Part shown: positions 9,601 to 19,871 of the stretch, piece after piece
How the letters are laid out: each line of letters begins with the position of its first letter
How positions within the stretch are numbered: position 1 is the first letter of the stretch
Origin: a virus
Strand: one strand, 5' to 3'
Length of the DNA stretch: 64,000 bases
Virus record (IMG/VR): IMGVR_UViG_3300035034_001216
Span: 8,522 to 72,521 of that record
Translations under genes and position numbers: made by a program
Notes under the pieces: generated by a model
The model's database searches: none
Told to the model about the DNA's origin: nothing
What the model saw: the letters and a program-made list of their open reading frames with translations, nothing else

Positions 9601-12600
9601 ATTTTTTGATCAAGATGATTTAAGTTATTTCGACGAAGGAACTACGAATTATGATCAAGAACCAAGAAGAAAAAATCCTTCTCAGTTATTAGGACAGAAT
9701 GTTGTTCCCGGACAAGGACTTGGTTCGCCGTATGTATTTTCTTTTCAAGGAGAAGCGTTAGATGCATTCACACCTTATCTTGGTAAAAATATTAGGCCTG
9801 ACAGTGATCCCGTTGAAGATAGAGCTCAAGCTCAAAGCGCAGGTGAAAGATGGTTAAATGCAGCAGGTAGATTTGCTCCAGCAGTTGTTGGTAAAACATT
9901 ACAATCTGCCGGTAACATATTAGGGCTACCTGCAATTGCTGTTACTGGTGATATTAACACAATGATTGACAATCCTATTGTTAATCTTGGTAGAGCTATG
10001 GAAAATTATATGGATGAGTCGCTCCCCATATATCAGAAAAAAGTTTATACACAAGGATCGTTTACTGAAAAATTAGGAACATCAGAGTTCTGGACTATTG
10101 ACTTCATGGATGGTCTGGAATTTCTTACGTCTGCTTACGCTACATCTTTAGGTGTTGGAGCAGCAGTTAAAGGTATTGGTACTAAAGCTTTGCAAAATAG
10201 TATTACTAATATTAATAAAGTACATAAGACTCGTTTAGCTGAAAAACTTATACAGCAAAAGGTAACTGATGCTGCTCAGATAGCTTATATGACCGAGTTT
10301 GGTTTAACAACTGCTTTGAATACCGTAGGAGAAGCAGGTATTGAAGCTCGGGAAATGAGAGATCAATTGCTTCAACAAGGAGCTAGTATGGAAGTAGCTA
10401 CTAAAGCTGCTTCAAATGTCGCTATTCAAAACGTAGGGGCATTGTTATTATCTAATGCATGGCAGAGTAGATTGTTCATGGGTAGTCCTATAAGTAAAGC
10501 ATCGCGTTTGAAAGAAATGCAGAAAGCTTTTAACAAAACAGCTGGTAAGAAAGCTGGGGAAATGGTAACTTTACAACAGTTACAAAAAGGTGCCGAAGGA
10601 ATTAAAACAAATTTAGGTAGAGAGTTTTTAAAACAAGGATCTATATCTGCAGTTACAGAAGGTGTATGGGAAGAGAATGTACAGACTGCTATTCAGATAG
10701 TAAATGAAGATAACGCTTTACATAATCCCGATTATTTAAATCAGAACGCGGTAAACCTGATGGGTAACATTGCTCATCAGATGGTTGATAACTTTACAGA
10801 AACAGAAGGTCAGTCTTCTATATTTCTAGGAGCAATGTTAGGTTTATTTGGTGCTGCAGGTTCTTCTATTAGAGACACTCGCAATTTAAAAAATGTAGAT
10901 CAAAAGGTTTTAGAATCAATTGCAAGCGCAGAGTCTATGAATTGGGGGAACTTATCTTCATTCTTAAAAACTAAAAAAGATGAGAAAGGTAATACTATTT
11001 TTGATACAGATGAAAACGGAGATGTAATTGCAGATCCATTCAATGCTGCTTTATTAACCTTTAAGCTTTTAGAAGACAAGTCTCTTTATGATTCTAATAT
11101 GGCAGCCATTGCTCAAGAAGATGAAACTGCTCATAGAATATTAAGTCAAATGACATTGGCTAGAGATTTTTTCAGACACTCAGGAGATAAAAGTGATATA
11201 GATTTTTTTAACGCTAAAAAAGATATACTAACCGTTGGGGAAGAAGAAGGGTATGAAGGTCAGATTAGAGAATTTCAAAGAAAATATTTACCTAAGTTAG
11301 CGAAATTAGCTGCTATTACAAAAGATATGGCTCCTATTAAAGGCGTATCTGAGGATGTAAATAAAACTATACAGGCAGCTACTTACTATCAAGGCGCAAT
11401 GCAGTTTATAATAGATGAACTCATAGCAGAACAAAGTAAACTTGTATCCAATACAGGTACTCCATTAGATGAAGAATATAATTCTAAAGTTAATAAGCGT
11501 TTAGAATTCTTAAAAACATTAAAAGAAGACAGTGAAAATAGATTTGAAAAGCTTACAGATCAAGATGTAATTAGAGATCTTGATAAAAAAGGTGCTTTTG
11601 ATAGAAGAGCTCTTGACACAAGAATGAAAGAAATAGAAGAGCTTGAAACTAAACTTGGTCAAACTACAGATTTAAAAGAAAAGCTTAAACTTGAAGAAGA
11701 GTTAGAACAAAAACGTAGTACCTTTAATTATGAGTCTTACTTAGAATCTCAAAAGTACGGAATACTTTTTGGAAGAAATAAAGAAAAACAAATAATCACA
11801 AGTGCAAAGCCACCTATCTTTTTTGATATAAATGTTGATGAGGCTAAACAAGCAAGACAAAATGAGGGAGGAATAAGTTCAAGCGGACTATCTAAAGTAG
11901 AGATGGCTATGTTTGAAGTTGGTACATCATACGCTTTAAGAGAGGAAATTGATGAGAATTTAAAAAAGATAACAGAAGATGAGTCATCCTCGCTGGCTGA
12001 AAAAATGTCTAAGATAGATGCATTTCTTACAACTGTTGAAGGTTATGTTAGTTCTAAAAATTCTAATTACTTTGGTGACCCCACAGGACAAATTGATTCT
12101 ATCAGAGCTTTAAAGAATGATATAAAAGAAATTGAAGATGAGATCAATAATATTATTCTTCAACTAAATAAAGCAAAACAAGCTGTCCTTCAGAATGATG
12201 ATCCTATTATAGTTACACAGGAACTGACAGGTATAGATCAAGAAGGTAACATTGTAGATGAGGAAAGGGTGGCTTCTATAGAAAGAGTTACATCTAAACC
12301 AACAACTGAATTAAAGCAAGCATTAGATGAAGCTTTCGAACAAGAAGATATTGAGGGTTATGCGAAGACTATAGATAATGTAATTAAAGGTATTACTATA
12401 TTCAATAATATTCCTATTAAAATAAATCAGTTAAATAATAAAGTTGATAACGTAACTGATGCATATGTAGAGAGTGTTCAACGAATTCAAGATTATACTG
12501 GTCAAAAAACTAAATTAGTTCAAGGAGATATTTACGGTTATGATAATTACTTTGATGCTATTATAACTGAAGAAGAGATTAGTTCTTTAGAAACTAAAGC

Positions 12601-15600
12601 TGAAAACTATAAAGATCCTAATAAAGTTAATAGAGTATCAGATGTAGAAAAAGACATTAATATAGTAAAAGGAGGTATAGGTTATTATGTTAATAGATCT
12701 GCACAAGAATCCTCTAATCAAGAAGACAATAACAGGTTTTTAAAAGAATTTAAAGAACTGTTAAAAGAGCTTGAAAAAGGACTTAAAGTAGTTGAGGATA
12801 ATGAAGAAAAGAATAAAGCAAAGCTTCTAAGAATTAAAGAAGACATTGCTGAAGAGAAATGGAATGGTCTTGGAAGAGATAAGGATGGTAAAGTCGTAGA
12901 TAAAGATATTGATGCTTGGTTAAGTAAAAATCTACCAGAAGAAGAAGGTAAATTATCATATGTTGATATTGTAGCTAAAGCAGAAAAAGATAATTGGAAT
13001 CCTATTTATGCATCCTATATTTACTCTGAGATAAACAAAAGAAAGAAGCAAACTGGATTTAAGAAACTTTTAAATAAGAAATTAAACCAAGCAACTAATA
13101 ATGCTTTAAATGAATTAAGAAGTTTAGGTGAGGAAGCTTATAACGGCGTATGGGAAGTATTAAACTATCAGGGTGATCAATTACTACCTGCTTATAGAAA
13201 GAACCCCAGATCAACTCTCTATTCGCTATTTAAAGTTACGGATTTCTTCTTAGATGTGTATCCTTTAGATGCACCCGGCAATAGTAATGTAAGTAATTAT
13301 TTAACTTCTAATTCTGTTAGTGACTTTGACATTAACAATAGTGATAAAAAATTAAAAGGATTAATAACAAATCATTTAAAAGGAGTTGCTTATGCAGAAG
13401 CTATAAATTTAGTGTCTTCTAATCAAAACTTAGTAAGTAGAATTAATACTGAAAAAGCTCTTACGGAGCTATTAGATAGAAATGATTTTGCTCCTACTCC
13501 AAACCAAGTAGATGCTATTAGATCCGCTTATTCATTCTTTTTAGCTGATAACAAGAAAGGACTATTTGGTAACACAGCAGTGTTGGGTGGGGTAACAGGT
13601 TCTGGTAAAACAAAAGTATTTGTAGATTGGGTTAAGAATTTATTAACAATAGACAACGATAATATATTTGCTTTAGGTCATACAGAGAATAGTACTATGA
13701 CTATTAATGCTGAAGTTCCTAATGCAAATAAGGAGGGACGAAGTATTATGGATTTTGTTCCACCAAACGTTCTTGATGGAAGTGATAACTTAACACCTCA
13801 GCAAGTAACTGAGATAGCAAAAACATTTCCTGAGAATATTGAGTTGTTTATAATGGATGAGGCATTTGCTTTGACTGCTACTGCAATGCTAAGTTTTTCA
13901 AGACTTACTACTGAGTACAATAGATTAAATGAAAGTAAGGCTAAATTTGTAGTATTAGGAGATCCCTCTCAGCTTACTATTGAAGCATTAGATTCTATAT
14001 CAGGAATAGGTAGTAAGGGTAGCACTTCTAATTTCTTAGAAGACTCTGGCTTACGAGCAGAAGATGTTTCAAAAGGATTTATCAATCTTACATTTTTACC
14101 GTTCCTATCTATAAATTATAGAAGTAATAACTTTGCAATTGCAAATGCTCAAACGCAATATGTAGGAAAACAAAGTATACCTGAGAACTTAAGCTTTCAG
14201 TCCTCTGACAAACCTCTTACCTCAAAAGCTCCTTATGGAGCACACTCTGTTGATACTAAAGATCAAGTCTTACAAGTATTAGCTAACAACTTAGGGAATG
14301 GTAGGACAAAGTTAGTTATAACAGAAACTACGGGTGATGCTCAGAGAATAGTTGATGACCTTGGTAAGAGTCAAATGGCTAAGAAGGTTGGTAAGGAATT
14401 TGAAGTTAGAGTAATGGCGGCTATTGATGCGCAAGGAGATGAGGCTCAAGAAGTTTATATTCTTGTTAGTCCTGATGCAGCAGTTAACTCAAAAACTTAT
14501 AATAAACCAATTCCTTTATCAGTAAGGAAAGTGATCAGAAATACTGGTGGTAAAAAAGAACTTACATACGGAGCATATAATACTATTATGTATATGTTAA
14601 TAGGTCGTGCTATGGATTATGTAGTACTACCTGCTGTAGCAAAAGGAACTATTAAACAAAAAGTCACTGACAATGCTGCCACTAATATACAGCAATTTAA
14701 AATAGGTATAAAAGAAAACAAAGATGAATATGTTGCTCAACTAAACGAAGAAGGTAGAATACTAGAAAGTTTAACGGGTTTAAAAAGTAAGCCAATAAAT
14801 GTAAATACTAAATCATCAACTGAAACTACTAATAACCCGGAAGAAACGGAAGAAACGGAAGAGTCTCAAGAAGGTGCTAAATCTTACAAAAAAGAAGACA
14901 CTGTTCTAGAGGAGCAATTAGGTGAGGATGATGATATAGAAGAAGGTACTACTGTGATTGTTGGAGAACAATCTCTTGCGAAACCCGGGGAAGAAAGTAG
15001 GAATGAAGAGTTCTCAGATCAAACCGAAACTAAAGAGGAAGGTAGAGCTGTAATGCTTGCTGACAATGAAAAGTCAGAAACAGAAGAAGGTAATGAAAGT
15101 ACTATACAAGAAGTACCAAACACATTAGTTAATATTGATTCTGAGAAAGGACCTTGGGATATGAAAATAGAACACCCTGTTTCTTTAAATATAAAGCAAA
15201 TAGAAGAGTTACAACTACAGGGTGAAGAACTTGAAGGTAAACAGGTTTATTTTGCAAAGATAGCTACTGGTAAGAAAAATGGCTTTGCAATAAAAGTTTA
15301 TTATCCTATTAGACCTGTAAGTGGTAAAGGAAGTAGAGATAATGAGTTTCTTGAAATTGGTGAGATTAGTGCCGAGACTTTTAAATCTATTGCAGGTCAA
15401 CATTTAAATAAAAACTTAAAAGTTAATAAACGTTCTACAGGACGAGGTAAAAATATTATATTTGATAGCATAGATAATCTGATTCCCGCTACTGTTAACT
15501 ATGCATCTACGGCTAGAATTTTTTATCAAGACAAACCTATAGATCCAAATCCAAAAGTAGCGTTAAGAACAACATTGGATATAATTCAAAATACATTCTT

Positions 15601-17941
15601 TAAACGAGAGCAAGTAGATAATAAAGAAATTGAGAGTGAGATAGTAATTGCAACTCAAAAAAATACTGATAGTCAAAAGAATACACATCCTGCTTTTGAA
15701 GTAAAACGTAATTACCAATTAGGTGCTCCTTATTTGTACATAAGTGCTGGTAACTCTAAATTCGTTGCAAGACTTAGTATGCAAGCTCTAACTAGTACAG
15801 ACCCTGAATCTAAAATTTTATTAGACTACTTAGATAATGTAGATCAATTAGAGGCTAGAGCTAAAGATGCTGGATTTGATATTCAGATGGGAACTAAAGA
15901 ATTCTCTACATTAGTTAAAATTGCAAGAACTTGGAACAGTATATCTGTAAGACCAAAGAAAGAACATTATGATGATGATAACAATAGTAAGTATTATATT
16001 AGAAGGTTTAGAGGCTGGAAAGATAACATAGATTTAAAAGATAGTAAAAAAGCTGGTGTATCCGAAGAGTTTGTAATGAATAATTTAGAGCTTATAAATA
16101 AATTATATATTGCTACACACTCCGTTTCTGTTTTTAATAAAGTTGTTACTCGTGAAGAATATGAAGACAAGTTTAGAGATAAATGGGATGCGGTAGAAAG
16201 AGGTGATGGTAAGTTTACTCTTACAAGAACTGATAGTTCAACAGGACATATAGATCACTATATGGAGTTTAGAAAAACTCAAGTTAAATCTTCTGCTCTA
16301 TCTGCTTTATATAAATTAGTTGTAGCAAATCAATTTGAAAATGAAGATGACATAGATGAAAAGACTGGGGAGGTTACTAAATCTAAACAAGCTAATGATT
16401 TTATAAAAGCCGTTAGATATAAAGTTAAAAATAGAGCTTCAAGAAAAGCTTTCAATCCATCAGGACTTTTACCTCAATCTCTTTTAAATTCCGAAAACAT
16501 TCTATACAAAATTATAAGAGATAGATTTTTTAGATTAAAAAAGAAAAGCGGTTTTGGAGGATTACCTGATATTTCTAATGATGAAATTGACGAGAATAAT
16601 TATAAAGACTATATTAAAATTCTTGAAGACTTTGTAAAGAAATATAAAAACTTAGATACTGCTGAAATTACTAAGTCTATAAATGATATAAAAAAGTACG
16701 AAGAAGACTACCCTCAAACAAAAATGACATCTCAAAATTTAAGAGATCTTTTACAGTTTGATGAGAATGGTATATCTAGTTTCGGTGACGGTACTTATTT
16801 AAGAAAACCTTTATTTATAAGAACAGTTGATTATTGGAGTGATAAAGATAAAACACAAAACTTTGAAGATTTAATAGACAAAGCTTCTAAAGTTTTAACA
16901 TCAAACGTCAGTGGTGCTCAAGCTACAGAACTTTATGTACGTATCAGTCCTGACAATACTACACAAACAGAAACGCAGCCTACAGAGACAGAAACTACGG
17001 AAGAGGATGATACTGGCCAAGATGATATTCCTGATAGCTTTGATGGCTTTCTTGATGATGATGATAATACAGAAAGAGGGTTTACTGAAGAAGTTACTAA
17101 CCCTAGTCAAATTAGTATGGAGCAAGCTAAGGCAATTGCTCAAAGAATCATACCGGGAATTACAGACTCACAATTAGAGTTTGTACAGATGCATTTATTA
17201 AATTCTAAGATGGATTATAACGGTGCTAACAAAAGACTTGGAATGATGAAAGGTAATATGATTAAGCTAGGTCTTGTAGAAAGTACGGAGAAAGATCCTA
17301 AAGTTTATGAGCAAGTAGCTTATCATGAACTTATGCACTTGTTATGGAACTATTACATACCTTATAGCACTAAGAAAAAAGTTATTGCTTGGATGGCAAA
17401 TGAGTATCCTGAAACACAGTCAATGAACCATATTGATCTCGATGAGTTCATTTCTAGAAAGTTTCAAGACTATAGACCTGAAGAAAAAGAACAAGGTAAT
17501 TTGTTACAAAGACTATTTGATAAATTTATTTCTTGGTTTAATCTTTTGAATACTAAAGAAAAATCGTTATATTCGTTATTCGAAGAAATACATCAGGGCA
17601 AATATTCAACAAGAAAAGATTATTCTTCGTCTGAGTTTAAGCAAATAACTAAAGAGTATAACACAAAAATTACTCAGAAGTTAAATGAACTTGTAAAAGA
17701 AAAAGAAATTGATAAAGAATGTAAAGGTGGTATTGGAGGTATATTTAAAGCTAAAGATGGTTTCTCTAATGGATTAACTAAAGGTGGTAAATGGAAAGTA
17801 TTAAAAAGATTTAAAGGTAAGTCACATGAACAAGGAGGAATAGATATCACAGTAAGCAAAAGCGGAATAAAGATGAGTAAGTCTGAGGGCCTAATAGAAG
17901 CTAAGTATGGTCTTGTAATACCAAACAAAAGTTATGATTAA
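9587..17941 (+). CDS. giant virion cargo protein: hydrophobic N-terminal region, SF1 helicase-like domain, zincin-like HExxH domain
   Basis: 2784 aa. Walker A GVTGSGKT (13589-13612), IMDEA, VLGDPSQL, NYRS, AQGDE and YMLIGRA match SF1 motifs I-VI. HELMH at about 17324. G/A-rich hydrophobic segments at about aa 85-430. Confidence 0.75.
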   Translation: MGNIKFFDQDDLSYFDEGTTNYDQEPRRKNPSQLLGQNVVPGQGLGSPYVFSFQGEALDAFTPYLGKNIRPDSDPVEDRAQAQSAGERWLNAAGRFAPAVVGKTLQSAGNILGLPAIAVTGDINTMIDNPIVNLGRAMENYMDESLPIYQKKVYTQGSFTEKLGTSEFWTIDFMDGLEFLTSAYATSLGVGAAVKGIGTKALQNSITNINKVHKTRLAEKLIQQKVTDAAQIAYMTEFGLTTALNTVGEAGIEAREMRDQLLQQGASMEVATKAASNVAIQNVGALLLSNAWQSRLFMGSPISKASRLKEMQKAFNKTAGKKAGEMVTLQQLQKGAEGIKTNLGREFLKQGSISAVTEGVWEENVQTAIQIVNEDNALHNPDYLNQNAVNLMGNIAHQMVDNFTETEGQSSIFLGAMLGLFGAAGSSIRDTRNLKNVDQKVLESIASAESMNWGNLSSFLKTKKDEKGNTIFDTDENGDVIADPFNAALLTFKLLEDKSLYDSNMAAIAQEDETAHRILSQMTLARDFFRHSGDKSDIDFFNAKKDILTVGEEEGYEGQIREFQRKYLPKLAKLAAITKDMAPIKGVSEDVNKTIQAATYYQGAMQFIIDELIAEQSKLVSNTGTPLDEEYNSKVNKRLEFLKTLKEDSENRFEKLTDQDVIRDLDKKGAFDRRALDTRMKEIEELETKLGQTTDLKEKLKLEEELEQKRSTFNYESYLESQKYGILFGRNKEKQIITSAKPPIFFDINVDEAKQARQNEGGISSSGLSKVEMAMFEVGTSYALREEIDENLKKITEDESSSLAEKMSKIDAFLTTVEGYVSSKNSNYFGDPTGQIDSIRALKNDIKEIEDEINNIILQLNKAKQAVLQNDDPIIVTQELTGIDQEGNIVDEERVASIERVTSKPTTELKQALDEAFEQEDIEGYAKTIDNVIKGITIFNNIPIKINQLNNKVDNVTDAYVESVQRIQDYTGQKTKLVQGDIYGYDNYFDAIITEEEISSLETKAENYKDPNKVNRVSDVEKDINIVKGGIGYYVNRSAQESSNQEDNNRFLKEFKELLKELEKGLKVVEDNEEKNKAKLLRIKEDIAEEKWNGLGRDKDGKVVDKDIDAWLSKNLPEEEGKLSYVDIVAKAEKDNWNPIYASYIYSEINKRKKQTGFKKLLNKKLNQATNNALNELRSLGEEAYNGVWEVLNYQGDQLLPAYRKNPRSTLYSLFKVTDFFLDVYPLDAPGNSNVSNYLTSNSVSDFDINNSDKKLKGLITNHLKGVAYAEAINLVSSNQNLVSRINTEKALTELLDRNDFAPTPNQVDAIRSAYSFFLADNKKGLFGNTAVLGGVTGSGKTKVFVDWVKNLLTIDNDNIFALGHTENSTMTINAEVPNANKEGRSIMDFVPPNVLDGSDNLTPQQVTEIAKTFPENIELFIMDEAFALTATAMLSFSRLTTEYNRLNESKAKFVVLGDPSQLTIEALDSISGIGSKGSTSNFLEDSGLRAEDVSKGFINLTFLPFLSINYRSNNFAIANAQTQYVGKQSIPENLSFQSSDKPLTSKAPYGAHSVDTKDQVLQVLANNLGNGRTKLVITETTGDAQRIVDDLGKSQMAKKVGKEFEVRVMAAIDAQGDEAQEVYILVSPDAAVNSKTYNKPIPLSVRKVIRNTGGKKELTYGAYNTIMYMLIGRAMDYVVLPAVAKGTIKQKVTDNAATNIQQFKIGIKENKDEYVAQLNEEGRILESLTGLKSKPINVNTKSSTETTNNPEETEETEESQEGAKSYKKEDTVLEEQLGEDDDIEEGTTVIVGEQSLAKPGEESRNEEFSDQTETKEEGRAVMLADNEKSETEEGNESTIQEVPNTLVNIDSEKGPWDMKIEHPVSLNIKQIEELQLQGEELEGKQVYFAKIATGKKNGFAIKVYYPIRPVSGKGSRDNEFLEIGEISAETFKSIAGQHLNKNLKVNKRSTGRGKNIIFDSIDNLIPATVNYASTARIFYQDKPIDPNPKVALRTTLDIIQNTFFKREQVDNKEIESEIVIATQKNTDSQKNTHPAFEVKRNYQLGAPYLYISAGNSKFVARLSMQALTSTDPESKILLDYLDNVDQLEARAKDAGFDIQMGTKEFSTLVKIARTWNSISVRPKKEHYDDDNNSKYYIRRFRGWKDNIDLKDSKKAGVSEEFVMNNLELINKLYIATHSVSVFNKVVTREEYEDKFRDKWDAVERGDGKFTLTRTDSSTGHIDHYMEFRKTQVKSSALSALYKLVVANQFENEDDIDEKTGEVTKSKQANDFIKAVRYKVKNRASRKAFNPSGLLPQSLLNSENILYKIIRDRFFRLKKKSGFGGLPDISNDEIDENNYKDYIKILEDFVKKYKNLDTAEITKSINDIKKYEEDYPQTKMTSQNLRDLLQFDENGISSFGDGTYLRKPLFIRTVDYWSDKDKTQNFEDLIDKASKVLTSNVSGAQATELYVRISPDNTTQTETQPTETETTEEDDTGQDDIPDSFDGFLDDDDNTERGFTEEVTNPSQISMEQAKAIAQRIIPGITDSQLEFVQMHLLNSKMDYNGANKRLGMMKGNMIKLGLVESTEKDPKVYEQVAYHELMHLLWNYYIPYSTKKKVIAWMANEYPETQSMNHIDLDEFISRKFQDYRPEEKEQGNLLQRLFDKFISWFNLLNTKEKSLYSLFEEIHQGKYSTRKDYSSSEFKQITKEYNTKITQKLNELVKEKEIDKECKGGIGGIFKAKDGFSNGLTKGGKWKVLKRFKGKSHEQGGIDITVSKSGIKMSKSEGLIEAKYGLVIPNKSYD

Positions 17942-19868
17942 GATAGAAGTAGAAGGGTCCGAACTAGCTCTTCAAAATTCAAATGGAGATGTGGCTATCA
18001 TACCTAAAAAATATAGGAGAGAAGCTGAAGACATGCTTAAAGAAGGATGTTACGATTGTCTTGACGATCTAATCAGTACGTTGCCCGGAGCTAGTAATTA
18101 TGCTCAGGACGGTACTCTTATAACTGATCCTCCACCTGTTAATCAAAATAACCCTGTAAACTTATCGCCAGTAGATATCGTTGCTGATAAGAATACTAAA
18201 CAAGATCTACCTTTCTATTCAGATTTAAGTGAAGAAGAAAAACGTATGATGCCTCAGGATAATGTAATAGGTAGAGGTATACGTCATAAAGCTCGTGAAG
18301 GTAAAGGTTTAGATGGTCAAGACATGGTAGACTTTACTAAAGGAATGATGTTTGGTGCTTTTAATAATGCAGGTCAGATACTTCAAACGCCACAATCATT
18401 AATGGTTGAAGGTATAGAACAAGCTAGAGGGAATGCCTATGATTATAATGTAGCATTACCAAACATTGGTAGCTATGATTCTAATCAAAGAGTACCTTCT
18501 GATACTTTCTTAAAAGACGAACCCGGAGCTATTCAATTTGCTGGTGATATGTTATTAGATCCTACAGCCGCTGTAGGTGGAGCACTTGGAGCTCTTTCTA
18601 AAACTAGTAAAGCATCTAAAGCTACTAGGCTAGTAGATGATATAATACCTGAAGGTAAAGCTTCTAAAGTTATATCACCTGACCCAGATAAAGAGTTATT
18701 AAAAGCGATGCCCGAAGAAGGAGTGGTAAAGGAATTACAGAAAGATGATTATGGAAATACAAATGCTGAGTTTCAAAAAACACTGAATGTAGATAAAGTT
18801 TTAGATGTGGATAATGTCAATATTGAAAAAGTAAGTGATCAGCTTAATAAAAAATATAATTTAGATCTTTATGGTGGTAAACAAGACTTTAAACCAATGA
18901 AACCAGAAGATATTCAAGACGCTTTAGAATTAAAGTATAAAGATAAAACCGCTAAAATAATAAAGAAAATTAGTTTAGATGATCTCCCAACGGTTGATGA
19001 AAATTTTAAATTTGTTAGTAAACCTAAAAACAAGAGTAGTGAAAGGTTTAATTTAGATGAGGAATATTTTACAAATCTAAAAGAAAAATATAGAAAAGAA
19101 TTTGAAAAAGTAATAGGTGTTGAAGATAAAACGACTAGACCAAATAATACAGATAAAGCAGAAGATTTCGAAACTAATTATTCTGAAAAAGATTTAGGGT
19201 TATATGTAAAGTTTAAAGAAGCAGAAAATTTAGAAACGCTAGAAATGATTAGATCTAAAAAGCTTGAAAAAATTAATAAAGCTTTTATTGACAAACATAA
19301 GTTAGATAGTAATTTTTCTAAAGAAGAAGAAATATTAATAGACTCATATACTAGAGGGTATGACACTCAAATAAATAACAGATATGATCATTTAAAAGGG
19401 TCTAATGTTCAAACTAATTTTTATAATAAAATGGTTGCTCCGAAATTAGAAGCTGTTATTAAAAAAAATCAATTAAAAGCTGAAGAGATTTTTAAAAGAA
19501 GTCTTGGTAATCATAAAACAGTTATAGAAAGAAATGGCAAACTTATTGAAGGTCGATTTAATGATCTTCAAGTTGGAGATATTTACAATCCTGACAGTTT
19601 TACTTCAGCAGCTTTAGAGGAAGGTAATTATAACGGATCAAGTGCACGTGAATTAGAAATAGTAGCTCCTAAAGGTCAATCAGTTTTGTTTCCAAACTCA
19701 AGCGGTGTTAAAAATTATGAGCAGGAATTAGAAATTATTTTACCTCAAAAATTAAAGTATGAAGTTATTGAAAAAAATGGCAACAATATCAAAACTAAAA
19801 TAATAAATCCTTATGTATTATTACCACTTATAGCAGGTCCCGGCGCTGCTGAAATGTTAAACGAATAA
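17934..19868 (+). CDS. virion cargo protein with C-terminal ADP-ribosyltransferase (VIP2/Alt-like, R-S-E clade)
   Basis: C-terminal ~170 aa read YT..Y..QIN.R, FKRSL, FTSAA, LEIVAPKG and EQELEIILP, in the order and spacing of the ART R / STS / ExE motifs. Confidence 0.7.
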   Translation: MIKIEVEGSELALQNSNGDVAIIPKKYRREAEDMLKEGCYDCLDDLISTLPGASNYAQDGTLITDPPPVNQNNPVNLSPVDIVADKNTKQDLPFYSDLSEEEKRMMPQDNVIGRGIRHKAREGKGLDGQDMVDFTKGMMFGAFNNAGQILQTPQSLMVEGIEQARGNAYDYNVALPNIGSYDSNQRVPSDTFLKDEPGAIQFAGDMLLDPTAAVGGALGALSKTSKASKATRLVDDIIPEGKASKVISPDPDKELLKAMPEEGVVKELQKDDYGNTNAEFQKTLNVDKVLDVDNVNIEKVSDQLNKKYNLDLYGGKQDFKPMKPEDIQDALELKYKDKTAKIIKKISLDDLPTVDENFKFVSKPKNKSSERFNLDEEYFTNLKEKYRKEFEKVIGVEDKTTRPNNTDKAEDFETNYSEKDLGLYVKFKEAENLETLEMIRSKKLEKINKAFIDKHKLDSNFSKEEEILIDSYTRGYDTQINNRYDHLKGSNVQTNFYNKMVAPKLEAVIKKNQLKAEEIFKRSLGNHKTVIERNGKLIEGRFNDLQVGDIYNPDSFTSAALEEGNYNGSSARELEIVAPKGQSVLFPNSSGVKNYEQELEIILPQKLKYEVIEKNGNNIKTKIINPYVLLPLIAGPGAAEMLNE

Positions 19869-19871
19869 AAT

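Noticed and set aside
14838-14864. Tandem CGGAAGAAA repeat
   Set aside because: It encodes an acidic linker (PEETEETEE) and is too short and spacer-less to be CRISPR or a functional array.
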